Part shown: piece by piece, positions 12,169 to 24,200 of the stretch
How the letters are laid out: the number at the start of each line of letters is the position of its first letter
Numbering within the stretch: position 1 is the stretch's first letter
Origin: Blepharisma stoltei ATCC 30299
Lineage: Eukaryota; Protista; Ciliophora
Direction: 5' to 3'
Assembly (NCBI GenBank): GCA_965603825.1
Contig: CBFDEM010000016.1
Location: forward strand, 124,001 to 188,000
DNA length: 64,000 nucleotides
The notes under the pieces: generated by a model
The model's input: only the letters and a program-made list of their open reading frames with translations
The model's database searches: none
What the model was told of the DNA's origin: nothing
Program-made: the position numbers and the translations under genes

Positions 12169-13566
12169 TTAATTTGAAATATTTGATAGAAGTAGCTTGC
12201 TTCGAGTAAAAAGGTAAGATGAAAACTGAAGGAAAACACTTTCTGAAGAGGCTTCTTCAGTTTCAGCTGAATCTGCATCTCCTGTTTCTGAGGATTCAGT
12301 TGATGTTTGATCAGTTGTCTCAGTTCCTGATTCATCAGTTGACGTTGTCGAACTATCTGTTGTAGTTGTATCAGTAGTAGTTTGAGCAGCTGCTGCGTCT
12401 GCTTCAGCTTGGGCTTCTTGATTTTCATTAAACTCACTCTCAGTTTCTTCATATTCTTGTTCAAGCTCGTCAATTTCTGCAGTAATATTTCCTTCCAGCC
12501 AATCAATTTCTTCTTCAAGCAGCGCATAAGATTCATCCACATTTTCATTCATTTCATTTTCACTTTCAATGAGCAGCTGATTGATTTCATCTACAGTTGT
12601 AGCAGTGGTGTTATCTGCAAGCTCGTTTTGCCAAGCTCTTTCATCATTAATTTCTTCTTCATAGATCTCATCAACTTGGTCTCCAAGACCATCATTTTGA
12701 GATTTTACAGTTGTGTCTGTCACTTCTACGCTTGTTCCTTCTTCGGATTGCTGATTAATTGATGCTAATTTGCTATTAGTTTCTTCAATACTTTCTTCTA
12801 AGCTGCTCTCTAAACTATAAAGTCTCTCTAATATGTAATTTATTTTTTCTTTTTTCTCTGAGTTACTTTCAAAGAGGTCAATTACAAGATCACCAGGCTT
12901 ACTTACCGATTTCTTCGGGCAGACATTGTTTGCCCCATAAACATGATAATAATCTCCTGTGCATAAAGAAGATCCTTCCGAAGTCCCAGGCACACAGTAA
13001 TTTTCACACCATCCACATTCTGGGTCTAATAAACATGTGCTGCATGTATTATAAAAATCACAGCCAACACTATCACATTCTCCATATTTAAAATTTTCAC
13101 ACACATTATCCTCTGGGCCAGTTTCATCTCCTGCCACACATGTTTTTTCGCTTGGACACCACACACATTTTGAGTCCACAGTGCAGTCTGTGCAAGTATG
13201 ATAGCCATCACAGTCCTCGATTGCATCCAATTGTGCTTCAAAATCATCAATATCAGACTGCACACTATCTAATAACGAATTTAACTCATATAACTGATAA
13301 TTAATTGTTGAGGTTGCAAAAGTGTCAGTTATTTTAATTTCAGAGCTTTCTTGATCATTGAGTACTTCCAGAGAATCTTTAGTTTGTCCTGATATATCTG
13401 AAAGATTTGAATCCAGCTCTTCAATTCCATTTGCTAAAGTCCCTTTACTTGTAGACTGATCTGACTGGTATATTGCAGTTTGCAAAAAACTTGGGCTTGA
13501 TTCTGTCGAAAAACCAAAAAATGCAAGTCATGAGATTACTAGGGCAAAGCTTTTATATTTTGACAT
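12169..13566 (-). CDS. Secreted acidic protein with tandem PSI (plexin-type) Cys domains and coiled coils
   Basis: ATG 13566 and a signal peptide containing TGA=Trp. CDGYHTCTDCTVDSKCVWC and CDFYNTCSTCLLDPECGWC are PSI patterns. Confidence 0.8.
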
Positions 13567-13640
13567 TTATCCGTTTATCATTTTTATTTATAGTGGGGTT
13601 TATTGAGGATTGGAAATATAATAATAATTTAAGCTAAAAA

Positions 13641-14993
13641 TTAACGCCTTTTAGATTGTGCCCACTCGTTCAGAAATCTAGAAAACTGCTGTTCAGCGTC
13701 ACTTGGGACGTTCACAATAAATGGATGAGTCAGGAGAGTATCTGAACTTGCCCTTTCGTTTGGCTCTTTTACTAAGCACTGCTCTACGAAGCTTTTGAAG
13801 TCTTCGCTCCATTTTGTCCTATTTTGCAGCCTTGGAGGAGCAGCTGATGCTATCAAGTATAAAGCTTTCATAGGGTTTTCTCTCAGATATGGCGGTTCAC
13901 CTTCAGCCATTTCTAGCAACACAATTCCAAGTGACCAGATATCGACCTTTGTGTCATAGTCTGAGCCTACAACGAGCTCAGGAGCCATTCAGCTTGGTGT
14001 ACCAACCACAGTATGCCTTTTGTCTTGGTCTGTTGTAAGCTGAGCTGCATACCCAAAATCTCCCAGTTTTACTTTTCCATCAAGCGAAATCAGAACATTA
14101 TCGCTTTTAATATCTCTATGAATCCTATGCTGGTGATGTAAAAAGGCTAATCCCCTTATTACTTCTCTTGATATATATGCCATTAAGTTCTCAGGAATTC
14201 TTCCCCACCTATCTAAAATCAGGTCTGTCAGATTTCCTTTCATCAGCTCAACCACAATCCAAATAAAGCCGTTATAATCATAAGACTCATAATAGGACAG
14301 CACATTAGGATTTTGGCTCAGCACAGTTAAAGCGATTTCATTGACAATTTCTTCTCTTTGTTTATCATTTTTCGGCCGAATTCTTTTCAGCGCAAAAGTT
14401 TCGTTATTTTGAGAATTTTTTACCACATAAACACTTCCTGAGCCTCCTTCGCCAATTTTTCTAATAATTTGGTAAATTTCTTCAGGGTTTGTTTGGAGAA
14501 GTTGAACCCTATTGCTCATTGTAAGGTCGAACTATGTAAAAAATACGCTCATTCTTGAAGGCATAGGCTTTACCCCTTCTAGCATAAAGCTCATGATTCC
14601 TACGATGCTGTCTTTGTTTTCTTCAAGCTCTTCATTAGAAATTCCGACCGCAGTAACCATGTTTTGCCAGCCTTGAGGAAGTCGCTGTTCTTTTTCTGCA
14701 GCTGTTTCTCGTCTTTGGAGCATAGGAGAATCTGGCTGAATTTGACCATTTGAGGTCTTTTTTTTGGTAGTCCTTGAAGGCTGCTCATTGTAGCAAGATA
14801 AGCAGTATCGCTTTGGGGCTAAAAACCCAAGGTGGGGGTGGGACTCTTTAACACTACATCGTTTACAGTACAGGAGTTCTGCCTAGGAATTACTGCATAT
14901 TACACACTTTCTTCGCTTTGAGGAAAGTTTAAAAAGTTTGTTGCAACTTGCACACTTTGAGTGTCTGTCAAAAACGCTTGCTATGATATCCAT
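13641..14993 (-). CDS. PAK/STE20 family kinase with N-terminal FYVE-like zinc finger; two 15-nt introns
   Basis: GEGGSG, FALK, HRDIKSDN, DFGY, GTPS-W(TGA 13989)-MAPE, GEPPY motifs; introns 14879-14893 and 14532-14546. Confidence 0.92.
14532..14546 (-). other. 15-nt intron GTATTTTTTACATAG (phase 0)
   Basis: Consensus match; joins the regulatory region to the kinase domain. Confidence 0.9.
14879..14893 (-). other. 15-nt intron GTAATTCCTAGGCAG (phase 1)
   Basis: Removal gives RRKCVIC-KLLYCKRCS, the FYVE CxxC-x4-CxxC spacing. Confidence 0.9.
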
Positions 14994-15253
14994 TTTATAA
15001 GGAGCTGATAAAATATAAAGTGTTTGTAATAATTTATTGATGCTGTTTGTATATAATTCCAAAATTGCTGAATTCAGAATGATACAGAATCTTTATAAAC
15101 ATTTTTTCAACTTAAAATGGATTTATATAAAAATGGAAATAGTAGTAAAAATTAAACGTGAGACTTATTTTTATTAATTATTTATGATAAAAAAAGAAAA
15201 TCGATTATTAAATAAATTATTCTAATATTAAATCAATGGATTTATTATTTAAG

Positions 15254-16003
15254 CTAAGTGCGTATGCTATGCAAAAGTTCTTCTGCCTTCAAGCGCTTAA
15301 CCCTTTCTTCTTTTAATAATTTCTCAAGCTCTTCAATATACTTCTTCTGCGAGCTCGTTGTTTTGAAACTGTATTCAGTTTCAGCATCTTGTTCCTGCTC
15401 ATTTTCCTCATTTTCTTCAGTTATCACCTCTTCAGCCTGTTTCTCTTCATTTTCACCAATAATCAGAACATCTTGTTTTTCATTAGTGCTTTTCTCAACA
15501 GTAGGGACTTTAACTGCTTTTTTCGAAATTTTCGACGTCGCGCTACCTCTAGAAACTAAGTTTCGTTTAGGGCTGTTTTCTTCTTTTGCAAGTGGACGCT
15601 TGTTTTCTGCTTCCTGCTCCTCTTGGGGAGGCAAGCTAAGAGCTCTTCCATGAGATCTCTTGCTATATTTCACCAAACTGCCTTGGGTTGTAGGTCTTGA
15701 AATGACGCTAGATTTGGTAGGGTTTGGGTTAGGTATAGGCATTCTGGCATATTTTCCTCTAACTTCTGCATAGACGTTGACAGTGCCTAAGTTGTTTGCT
15801 TGTTTAGGAGGATTATATTGTTTTTGAGGACTTAAGCTATGGTGATGAGAAGAATGCTTACTGCTTCTCTCTGTTTTCAGGCTTCTCTGGGTTTCAGAGA
15901 ACCTATCCTTTGTTCTAGATGTAAATTACTGCATGAATCTATTAGCTGCCGTTATTTCCTTTTGGACTCTTTGCTGCCATGCAAGATGTTCGTCTTGATA
16001 CAT
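15254..16003 (-). CDS. Hypothetical low-complexity/coiled-coil protein (244 aa); one 15-nt intron
   Basis: MYQDEHLAWQQRVQKE exon, intron 15915-15929, then open to TAG 15254. Confidence 0.8.
15915..15929 (-). other. 15-nt intron GTAATTTACATCTAG (phase 2)
   Basis: Consensus match; removes an in-frame TAA. Confidence 0.88.
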
Positions 16004-16037
16004 ATTTATGCAAAATTATGTGAATGAAGAAGTTATC

Positions 16038-16658
16038 TTACTTAGTCTTTTTCTTTTCTAGCTTCTTCTTATAGAACTCTAATTCTTCTCCTTCCAAAAT
16101 ATACCCATCAGCTCTTCCACTTTGTCCAGGTCTTGAAGTGACGCAAGCCAAAAGTCTTCCAGTTTTGAAGTCGTTTTCTAGTATAGGGTCGATTCTCTTT
16201 TCCTTAGCGTTTTCTTCCCATTCTTTTTGAATTTTTTCCCATTTTTCCTGAGCTTTGGCAGATCTGGTTGCAGTTTCTTCTTTTTTCACTTTCCCGAGGT
16301 CTTGGCCGTAGGTCTTGTAAAAGAAAGCCTTAAATGGTGTGGCGTCGACTTCTAAAATGGTGTTTTTGGTGATGGTGTTTGTTCTGACGAGTTCATTGTT
16401 TGTAGCGTTGTAGACGACCCATAGAATACGGGTTTTGATTGTAACATTCTGGCTTGCCCAAGAATAGTTGCCAGCGTCCAAACGCAGAGCTCTGTATTTG
16501 TTATTTCCTCCACGGCCACGAACTAAGTGAATGCGCTTGGCACCCAGCTTTGTCATTGCTGGCTGTCTCGCTTTCTCGAAAGCTCGCTTTTTCTTGTGAA
16601 TTGGCATACGGCCTCCTGTCTTTCTGCGTTTATGTCTTGAGTCACGTGAGATGCCCAT
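16038..16658 (-). CDS. RPS8: 40S ribosomal protein S8 (eS8)
   Basis: [31 protein letters not shown] and [22 protein letters not shown]. Confidence 0.98.
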   Translation of the reverse strand: MGISRDSRHKRRKTGGRMPIHKKKRAFEKARQPAMTKLGAKRIHLVRGRGGNNKYRALRLDAGNYSWASQNVTIKTRILWVVYNATNNELVRTNTITKNTILEVDATPFKAFFYKTYGQDLGKVKKEETATRSAKAQEKWEKIQKEWEENAKEKRIDPILENDFKTGRLLACVTSRPGQSGRADGYILEGEELEFYKKKLEKKKTK

Positions 16659-17159
16659 GCCCACAAATTATAATATGGCTAAAATTAGGTAGGGATATGC
16701 TGCTAGGGATTTTGTAAAAGATGAAGTGAAATTATTAAATCTTGATAATTTTGATATATAAATTGCTATTAATTTTATATATATAGATAGATTTAAAATT
16801 AAATGGCATTGAATATAAATTGCTCTTTAATTAGAAACATTAAGTATATGCTTTTTTATGTAGTTTATTTAAGGATTAATATAATTGCAAGTATGATCAA
16901 TAAATTGTATGAAATATTGTGTATAAATTAATATTTCGATTGATTTAATTGGCTGTAAAACACAGCCTGACAATAAAAATGAAATAAATATAACTCTTTT
17001 CCTCATTGTGCTTTGAATGTGTAGATTAATTAAGTGTTTTCTACTGAAATTTTATATATTAATCCAAAAATAGATTATAGTGTAAATTATAATCTTTAAA
17101 ATATGACAATTATGAAATAGCTAATATGTCTTTCTGTTTTCTGACTAATAATTATAAAT

Positions 17160-17399
17160 ATGCCGCTGCAGTCAAAGAAAACTCCTAAAACATATAACGG
17201 ATACGAAGTTACCAGATCCTCCATTCGAAGACTCGAAAACGAGGTAAAATCACTTAAACGTCAAGTTGATGAAATAATTGCTCAAAAAATTTACAGCCAC
17301 AGTGAAAGCCAAGGCCCTGACAGCCAAGCTTTAAACGAGATGAGGCAAACAATAGAATCCAAAGAAGAGCTCATTCTGCGGCTTAAACTTATGCTTTAA
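17160..17399 (+). CDS. Small coiled-coil hypothetical protein (79 aa)
   Basis: ATG after an AT-rich leader, heptad pattern, TAA stop. Confidence 0.65.
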   Translation: MPLQSKKTPKTYNGYEVTRSSIRRLENEVKSLKRQVDEIIAQKIYSHSESQGPDSQALNEMRQTIESKEELILRLKLML

Positions 17400-17454
17400 T
17401 TGCTAATTCTTCCATAATAAATTTCCAGAATCTTAAATTAAATATAAAAATAGT

Positions 17455-18087
17455 TTAACTTAAACCTGCAGCTTGTAGCTTATTAGTCAAAATCTGGATT
17501 TTTGAGTCCTTCAATTTCACTAACTGCTCAAGTTTTGCAATTTTATTTTCCATAATTTCAATAGTTTCTTTTAGCTCGCTGATCACTTGTTCTTTTTCTC
17601 TCAAAGCGTTATTTGCAGGCTGCACTCTGACTTCTGACTGGCCCTGTGCCTGGGCTTTTGGCCTTGCTAGTCCTTGTAGTCTGGCTTCTTGGACAACTGG
17701 GCTTGTTTCTTGTTCACTTTTTCTGTCTTTGTACTCATTTATTTTATCTTGAACCACTTTTAATACTCTTTCAATGGTTTCTGGGTTGCAGTTAACTATG
17801 TTATCAATGTCAGTGCGCGCAATTTGGAAGCCCATTTTCCGAAATACTTTCACATTAAGTGTGTTCCAGTTAGTGACCTTTTGCTGGACTGAATGAGCTT
17901 GGGGATAGTTATGGATTTCTACTAGCTTAGGATAGAAGTGCTTTATTACTTCTGCCATCATGACACCATCAGCGAAGTCTCTTGTGATATTGCGTTTTGG
18001 TCTGGAAAGAGGAATATCGTCGATCCATTCGTAAATCCTTTGGGTTTCTTCTTCGTCAATCGGAGGTGCTTCGATGACCCGAGCCAT
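17455..18087 (-). CDS. SPEF1: Sperm flagellar protein 1 (CH domain plus coiled coil), ciliary microtubule-binding
   Basis: WIDDIPLSRPKRNITRDFADG, PKLVEIHNY, NWNTLN and KLEQLVKLKDSKI. Confidence 0.95.
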   Translation of the reverse strand: MARVIEAPPIDEEETQRIYEWIDDIPLSRPKRNITRDFADGVMMAEVIKHFYPKLVEIHNYPQAHSVQQKVTNWNTLNVKVFRKMGFQIARTDIDNIVNCNPETIERVLKVVQDKINEYKDRKSEQETSPVVQEARLQGLARPKAQAQGQSEVRVQPANNALREKEQVISELKETIEIMENKIAKLEQLVKLKDSKIQILTNKLQAAGLS

Positions 18088-18296
18088 TTTTGTTTATATC
18101 TTTATGGAATCGAGCTGAATTTAAAGAAAAATAAATGCTGGATAGGTAGAGGAAAATAGAAAATAAAAGAGTTTTAAGCTTAAATTGTGCTGAGCATAAA
18201 TATTGATAAAAATAAGATGTTTAATGGTTTTTAAGAAAAAGATAATATTTAATTAAGTGTAATTTGTGGATAACTATGTAAAAAAAATAATTGATC

Positions 18297-19553
18297 ATGG
18301 CTTACCAAAGTCTGAAGCTAAGCACCAGAGACTCATTTCTTTCTTCATGTTCGAACTCAGACCGATCCAGTACAAATCTGAGATCACAATTTAAAAAAAT
18401 TTCCGATCAACTAGGAACTTTAACTCCTCTTGAAAAATCGGATATCGCTTCCTTAGGGTCTTCATTTTCTACATCTTCAAAACTAATGGGCCACCACACT
18501 CGAAAACCCCAGCGGCATTTCACTTGCTTTACTCCAAAATCGCCTACACTTAACTTTCAGATCAGCCAGGATCAAATGATTACTAATATTATCCAAGATT
18601 GTGACTTAATAAAAGATGAAATTGTAGGTGCTTTAAAATCTGCGACAAAAGACGCAAAGTCAGCGAAAAAAGATGTTTTAATTACAAGCCAAATTGAGCG
18701 CTCTGATAAATTTCATTCTTTGCTGCATGAAGGGATATTTGAACAAGAAAAGAGAAAAATAGAAGAAAATTATAAAAATTTACATTATAATGAAGAACTC
18801 AGTAAAAAATATGAAAAAGTTCGATCACTTTTGGCGCCATCTAGAGAAGGAAATTCACGCCTGCCAAATATCGAAGAAAATGAAGACAGAAAAGACCATT
18901 GTTTTATAACAAAAGAAGACTTAACAGACGGTGAAACTGCTTATATTTTATCTATCAACAAAAGATGCTTTGGTGAAAGTTTTTCACCTAATGTAAAAGA
19001 GTCTCCTGAAAAAATCTGCCAAAAAGCAAAAACAATGATAAGTGCTAAAGAAATTTCTCCTGAAGAAACAATTCTTACTGATATAAAATCAATAATGTCT
19101 AAAAAGAATGATTTTTCGCCCAAAAAAGTTTCTTCTTCAAGATATTCTGGATTTAAATCTAATTCAGACAGAATTCTTGAAAAAATAAAAAATCAGCCTA
19201 CATCACCTTCAATGCAACAAAATTCGGCTGGTCTTGATCGAATTGGATCGCCAAGTTTTTCCCCTATTAAAAAGAAAAATAGCTTGCCACAGTTAAAATT
19301 AAATTATCCAGGAGTAAAAAATAAAGTACAAGACAGTAGTCCTAAAGAAAAATTTAATCAGAAAAAAGGTCATAAAGGAGAAATTCATGTAAATTATTTT
19401 AAAAAAAGAACGCTTGATAAAAATTTAATGGAAGCTTTTAAAGATATCAAGCTGGAGCCTAAAGATTTTAAGCTAAAAAGAAAAGTTGAGAAGTTAATGA
19501 CAACGAGGCAGAATTTAATTTACACAAATAAAGAACTATCTCTAAAGCTATAA
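18297..19553 (+). CDS. Hypothetical Ser/Lys-rich protein; tandem paralog A
   Basis: Long ORF sharing blocks with the next gene. Confidence 0.8.
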   Translation: MAYQSLKLSTRDSFLSSCSNSDRSSTNLRSQFKKISDQLGTLTPLEKSDIASLGSSFSTSSKLMGHHTRKPQRHFTCFTPKSPTLNFQISQDQMITNIIQDCDLIKDEIVGALKSATKDAKSAKKDVLITSQIERSDKFHSLLHEGIFEQEKRKIEENYKNLHYNEELSKKYEKVRSLLAPSREGNSRLPNIEENEDRKDHCFITKEDLTDGETAYILSINKRCFGESFSPNVKESPEKICQKAKTMISAKEISPEETILTDIKSIMSKKNDFSPKKVSSSRYSGFKSNSDRILEKIKNQPTSPSMQQNSAGLDRIGSPSFSPIKKKNSLPQLKLNYPGVKNKVQDSSPKEKFNQKKGHKGEIHVNYFKKRTLDKNLMEAFKDIKLEPKDFKLKRKVEKLMTTRQNLIYTNKELSLKL

Positions 19554-20037
19554 TTAATTGGATACTCAAAATTTTTTATAATTGCTATTCTATTTTCCTT
19601 GAATTCTATGGATACAATTATGGTGATTTTATTAAATTCTGATTGAGAAATATTTTTGTTTTTAAAAGTAATTTTTTATTGTGCCAAATATAGCGAATTG
19701 TATTAGTGTTTAAAGAATTCAATGTTCAATGCAATTTATCATTGTATAATATAGTTATTATATTGAAAGCACTTGTCTAAAGCTTCCATTTAATATAAAT
19801 TCTGGTTAAAATCATCATATGACACTATTCCATCTATTAAATAAATAAATTTCCCTGACTACAAAAAATTAATCATTTTTCTCGAATTTTATCAGACTGT
19901 ATTATACTGCATTTTATTTTATAAATTTAGATTTATCTCAACACCTCGGAAACCCAATTAATCTTTGGATCTGATTAAAATAAATAGATAATAGTAACTG
20001 ATGGTTTTGAAGAGCAAATAATATACATAAGTTAATA

Positions 20038-21264
20038 ATGGCATCTCCAAGTAAACCCAAATTGCTTCCATGTACTCCTTGCACTCCTGATTCTCCTCTT
20101 TCTCCTTCTGGATTCAAAAATAATTTATTTGCCGACAACCATGAACGAAACTCGTACCATTACAGAGTTTCGAGCTCTCCAGCCTGTTTGAAGCTAAATG
20201 TTTCCAAGCCTGAAATTCCCTATGACTTTTCAAGCCCAAAAAGCTCAATATCAAAGCAGCAAAGAGACCAAGACAGAAAAATTACAAACATCATCAACGA
20301 CTGTGTGCTGATGCAAGACGAATTAATTGGGGCTTGAAAATCAGCTGCTACTGCAGTAAAGTCTCACAAAAAGCACCTTAAATTTATGAAAGCTCACGTT
20401 TTCTCTGCTAAATTTAATTCATTTTTACAAGATGAAATATTCAGCGAAAAGAAAAATAAAATCAAAGAAAGCGCAAAGCAGCTGAACCAAGACAGCACGC
20501 TTACATTAAAGCATAGAAAGGTAAAATCATTATTAACCTCACCTAAAAGAAGTGGGAGCTCTACAAGACTTCCAAGTCCTGATGGGCTTCTTAACCAAAA
20601 AAGTGAGCAAGTTTTTGTTACTGCGCAGGATTTGTCTGATTATGAAACTGCTAAATTAGTATCTTTGAATCGAAGGGTTTTTGGAGAGAATTTTGGAGTG
20701 GAAATTAAAGATGGCCCTCAAAGAACAAGAGAAAAGCGAAAGTCAATGATCAATATAAATGATATATCCCCAGAACAGACTATAATGGCTGACTTGAAAT
20801 CATATTTACACAGAAAAAACCAAAAAAAGCATAAAACAGCCGAAAAAATGTCAGAGCCTGATTTAAAGGCGAAATTAGAAGAGCAGAAACAAGTTGAAAA
20901 AATCCCCTCGATGTCTCCGTTGAACCAATATATCTTCAGCGAATGAGGCAGAATGATGCCAAGGAATTGCTTTACAAGTGAAAACATAAGACACAAAAGC
21001 CTCCCTGAAAAGAAAGATGAAGAAAAACCTAAACAACCTAAGGCAGAGCCAGAAATCTCGAACACCTCAAAATACACAGCGCAAAAGCGCATAAGCCAAA
21101 TTAACTACTCCGAAAAAAAAGACCTCACAAAACAAGACCTTGAGCTTATAAATGATATTAAGCAAGAAGCCAACGATAATAAACTAAGAAGGCGGGTCAG
21201 GCGTTTTGTAACCCAAAGACAGCATGTAGCGTACGTGCATAAAGAAATGCCAATGAATCCATAA
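20038..21264 (+). CDS. Hypothetical Ser/Lys-rich protein; tandem paralog B
   Basis: Three same-frame ORFs joined by TGA=Trp at 20335 and 20944; colinear with paralog A. Confidence 0.82.
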
Positions 21265-21290
21265 TTTAAACTAATTATCATGTTTCTAAT

Positions 21291-24200
21291 CTAATCTTCT
21301 TTAATCTTATTAATCAAATTGGCTATGAAATTTCCTGAGGCTTGCTCTATCCTATCCTTCCAATACTCATTAGGATTTACTGATCTTTCTAAATCATTTG
21401 TATGTGTAACATTCCTAACAGGGACAGGCTTCACAAATAAGTGTTCCGCTGGCTCGTTTTCTTCCTTTTCGTCAAATTTATAAAGCCGCTTAAGTGTCTC
21501 GATTTCTTCTCTGTCCATATCACTAAGACCTTCATGGAATAAAATGGCATTAATCATTGCTATATCATCCTCAACGACATCACTAGTAATTATTTTATCT
21601 TTACACGTTTTGATTATCATTTGGAAATGCCCGTCCGTCAAATTTTCCCATTTATCCCCAATTTTTTCCTTTATCAGCTTTTTGGCGCTTTCGACTTTGG
21701 CTCTGTGGTAATCCTCTGAAAGCTGGGCATCTGGCTTATAAAACTTCCCACGAGGAATGTTTTGGTTTGCTTCTCTTTCAATTGTTTTTCTTATATACCA
21801 TTCTTTTAAGTATTTAAGTCTTCCTTCAACTCCATTATAAACTGCGAGCCAGTCAAGGATGCTTTGTTTTTCGATTTTCCAAATTTGTCTACTGTTAAAT
21901 GCTTTTTCTCTCATGTGGCCGTAGATGCTAAGGAAGTGGCCAATTTCTTCTTCATTTAGTTCTCCTGCTTTGCTCCATAAGATTTCTTCGAGTTCTAAGT
22001 TAGTCAGCCAAATGGATTTATTCCTCCATAGTGGTCTTAGCCTTGAAATGCCGCTTGCATCTGTGGTGATCCCCCACTGCCCGAGACGGTAATTTTCTAT
22101 TATGTTGTACTCGATCCTTCTTATGATTTCGTCATCGAAAAAGTGGCTGAGCTCGAAAATCAGCTCATTTAGAGAATAGTGTCCGAATGATTCTTTAAGC
22201 ACGACATTTCTGAAAGACATGCAAAAGAGAGCATCTTCTTCGTCCATGTCATTTAAGCAATAAGAAGTGCTATGCTGTGGTACAAGCACAGAGCCGGCAT
22301 CACTAATTTTTGCCTTCTTTAAAGCTTCCCCCCATTTCTTCAGATATTGTCTTTCAATTTCACTAAGCTCTTGGTTATTGTGGAGTTTGTAGATTAGTCT
22401 CATCTTTATTAAATTCGTTTCAGCTTGGCAAGTCTTGAATTCTAAATAGTCTTCATCACTGGTGAATTTCAAATAATCTGGGTCATCCCTAATTCTGAAC
22501 CCTTCAATTGTCAAAGAATCTTGATCCGTTTTTCTACCTATTCTGTGTTTATATGCTTCATGATAGAAAATATCTTTATCAAAAGTTTTCTTTTCTAACG
22601 CAAATCTTGTGTTCATATATCTACAAATCAAATTATTTTTCATGGTATGTTTTTCCATCCATGACATTTCTTGATTTTCATTTATAAGTTCTAAGGATTT
22701 TTGCAGCTGTGGGAATGCTTCTTCATTAAATTCATTTTTTAAATGGTAGTTTTTGAAGTAATTAACAAAGTGATCAGTCTTCCTTTTGACATTTTGCTGT
22801 TCTTCGATGAATTTAATATAGCATTTTGGATCTCTAGGTAAAAGTGTGGGCAAATATTCTTCCTTAGGGTGCTTTTCTGATAAATGCTCCTTAATTATGG
22901 AAGGAATGAATTTCAAGTCCAAAATCTTTTCTACAATTTGTTGGTCATTAAGATTCCTTTTAATGCCATATTTCAAATTTTGGAGGCTTGCAATCAAGGA
23001 AGCTTCATCAGAGAATTGTCTGGAGAAAAGATTATTACCTTTACCTGGGTTTGGTAAAATTCCATAAGCTTGTCTTCTCCCCCCAAAGAAAGTAAGCAGA
23101 CTATAAGGATCCTCTTTCATATAATTTTCCAAATTAAGGACAAAATTTTTTCTGAGAATTTCTTCCCAGTCGTCATAATGATAATAATTGCTAATCCACA
23201 AAAACCCTTGGTTTAAAAGCTCGTCAGAAATGTCGTTCATGACTTTTTTTGTAGGCAATTCTACTCCTTGTCTTATTCCAACCCATGGGTAGTTTTTCTT
23301 TTCTTCTCTTTGAGGGATTTTCTCATTTATGTCCTTTATTAATAAATTGAAATTTGGAGACTTTGTGGTTTCTTTTACAAGTTGATCCACGATATCTCTG
23401 CTGGCATCAGTTAGCAGCCAATACCTCTCATTCGTTTTGAAAAGCTGAATTTTGATTTCTTCTAATGCTTCTTTATATTCGTTTATTTCTGTTTTGAAGC
23501 GGGACATTCTTTGAAGCTTGAAAGCTCCTAAAAACTCTTCTATAAATTTGACGAGGTCTGGTTTTATATCTTCACTTGTTTCTACTTTCCCAGAGATTTC
23601 TATCAGCTTTTCAAGTAACTCTGCTACTGGTGCTAAGAAATTTTCTTTTAATCCACATGTTTTGAGTACCAATCCTGCTAAATCAGCATTTTCATTGAAA
23701 GACATTTTCTGAGCAATAGGATCCGTGTTTACAAATAAATATAGAGGAATTAACAGTTGTGTGAACCCAACCTTTTCGAGGTGTCTTTTCCTAAGCTTGT
23801 CCTGCCCACACATTTCATTCCCATCAAGTCTATCATCTCCTACAAAAGATATTGCGACTTTTTTCCCATTGACTGCAAAAATATCATCCATCTTGTATAA
23901 AGGGTTAGGATTTGCAGCCACAAGAAGGTTGTGTATTGTATCTGATTCTTTATCAGTCAGTCCTTGGCTTAGATATTTTCTTACTGCTTCTTTTACAGTT
24001 TTCTTATAAGGATGATAATGTTCTCCTTCAAAAAATGACACATGGTCTGATCCTCTAAAAGCAGTGACTATAGGCTCTCTAAATGTTTCTTCTAATCTCC
24101 ATCCAAACTCAATTTCCAAAGTGTTTTTTACTTCTCTCAACATATGGCTTAGCCGCGGTTCAAGATGCTGTGGTTCAAATCTATTGAAATTTTTCAAAAT

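Noticed and set aside
14883-14903. Alternative 11-nt (GTAATTCCTAG) or 21-nt intron in the PAK 5' region
   Set aside because: The 11-nt form shifts the frame and the 21-nt form deletes a zinc-ligand Cys; the 15-nt form gives correct FYVE spacing.
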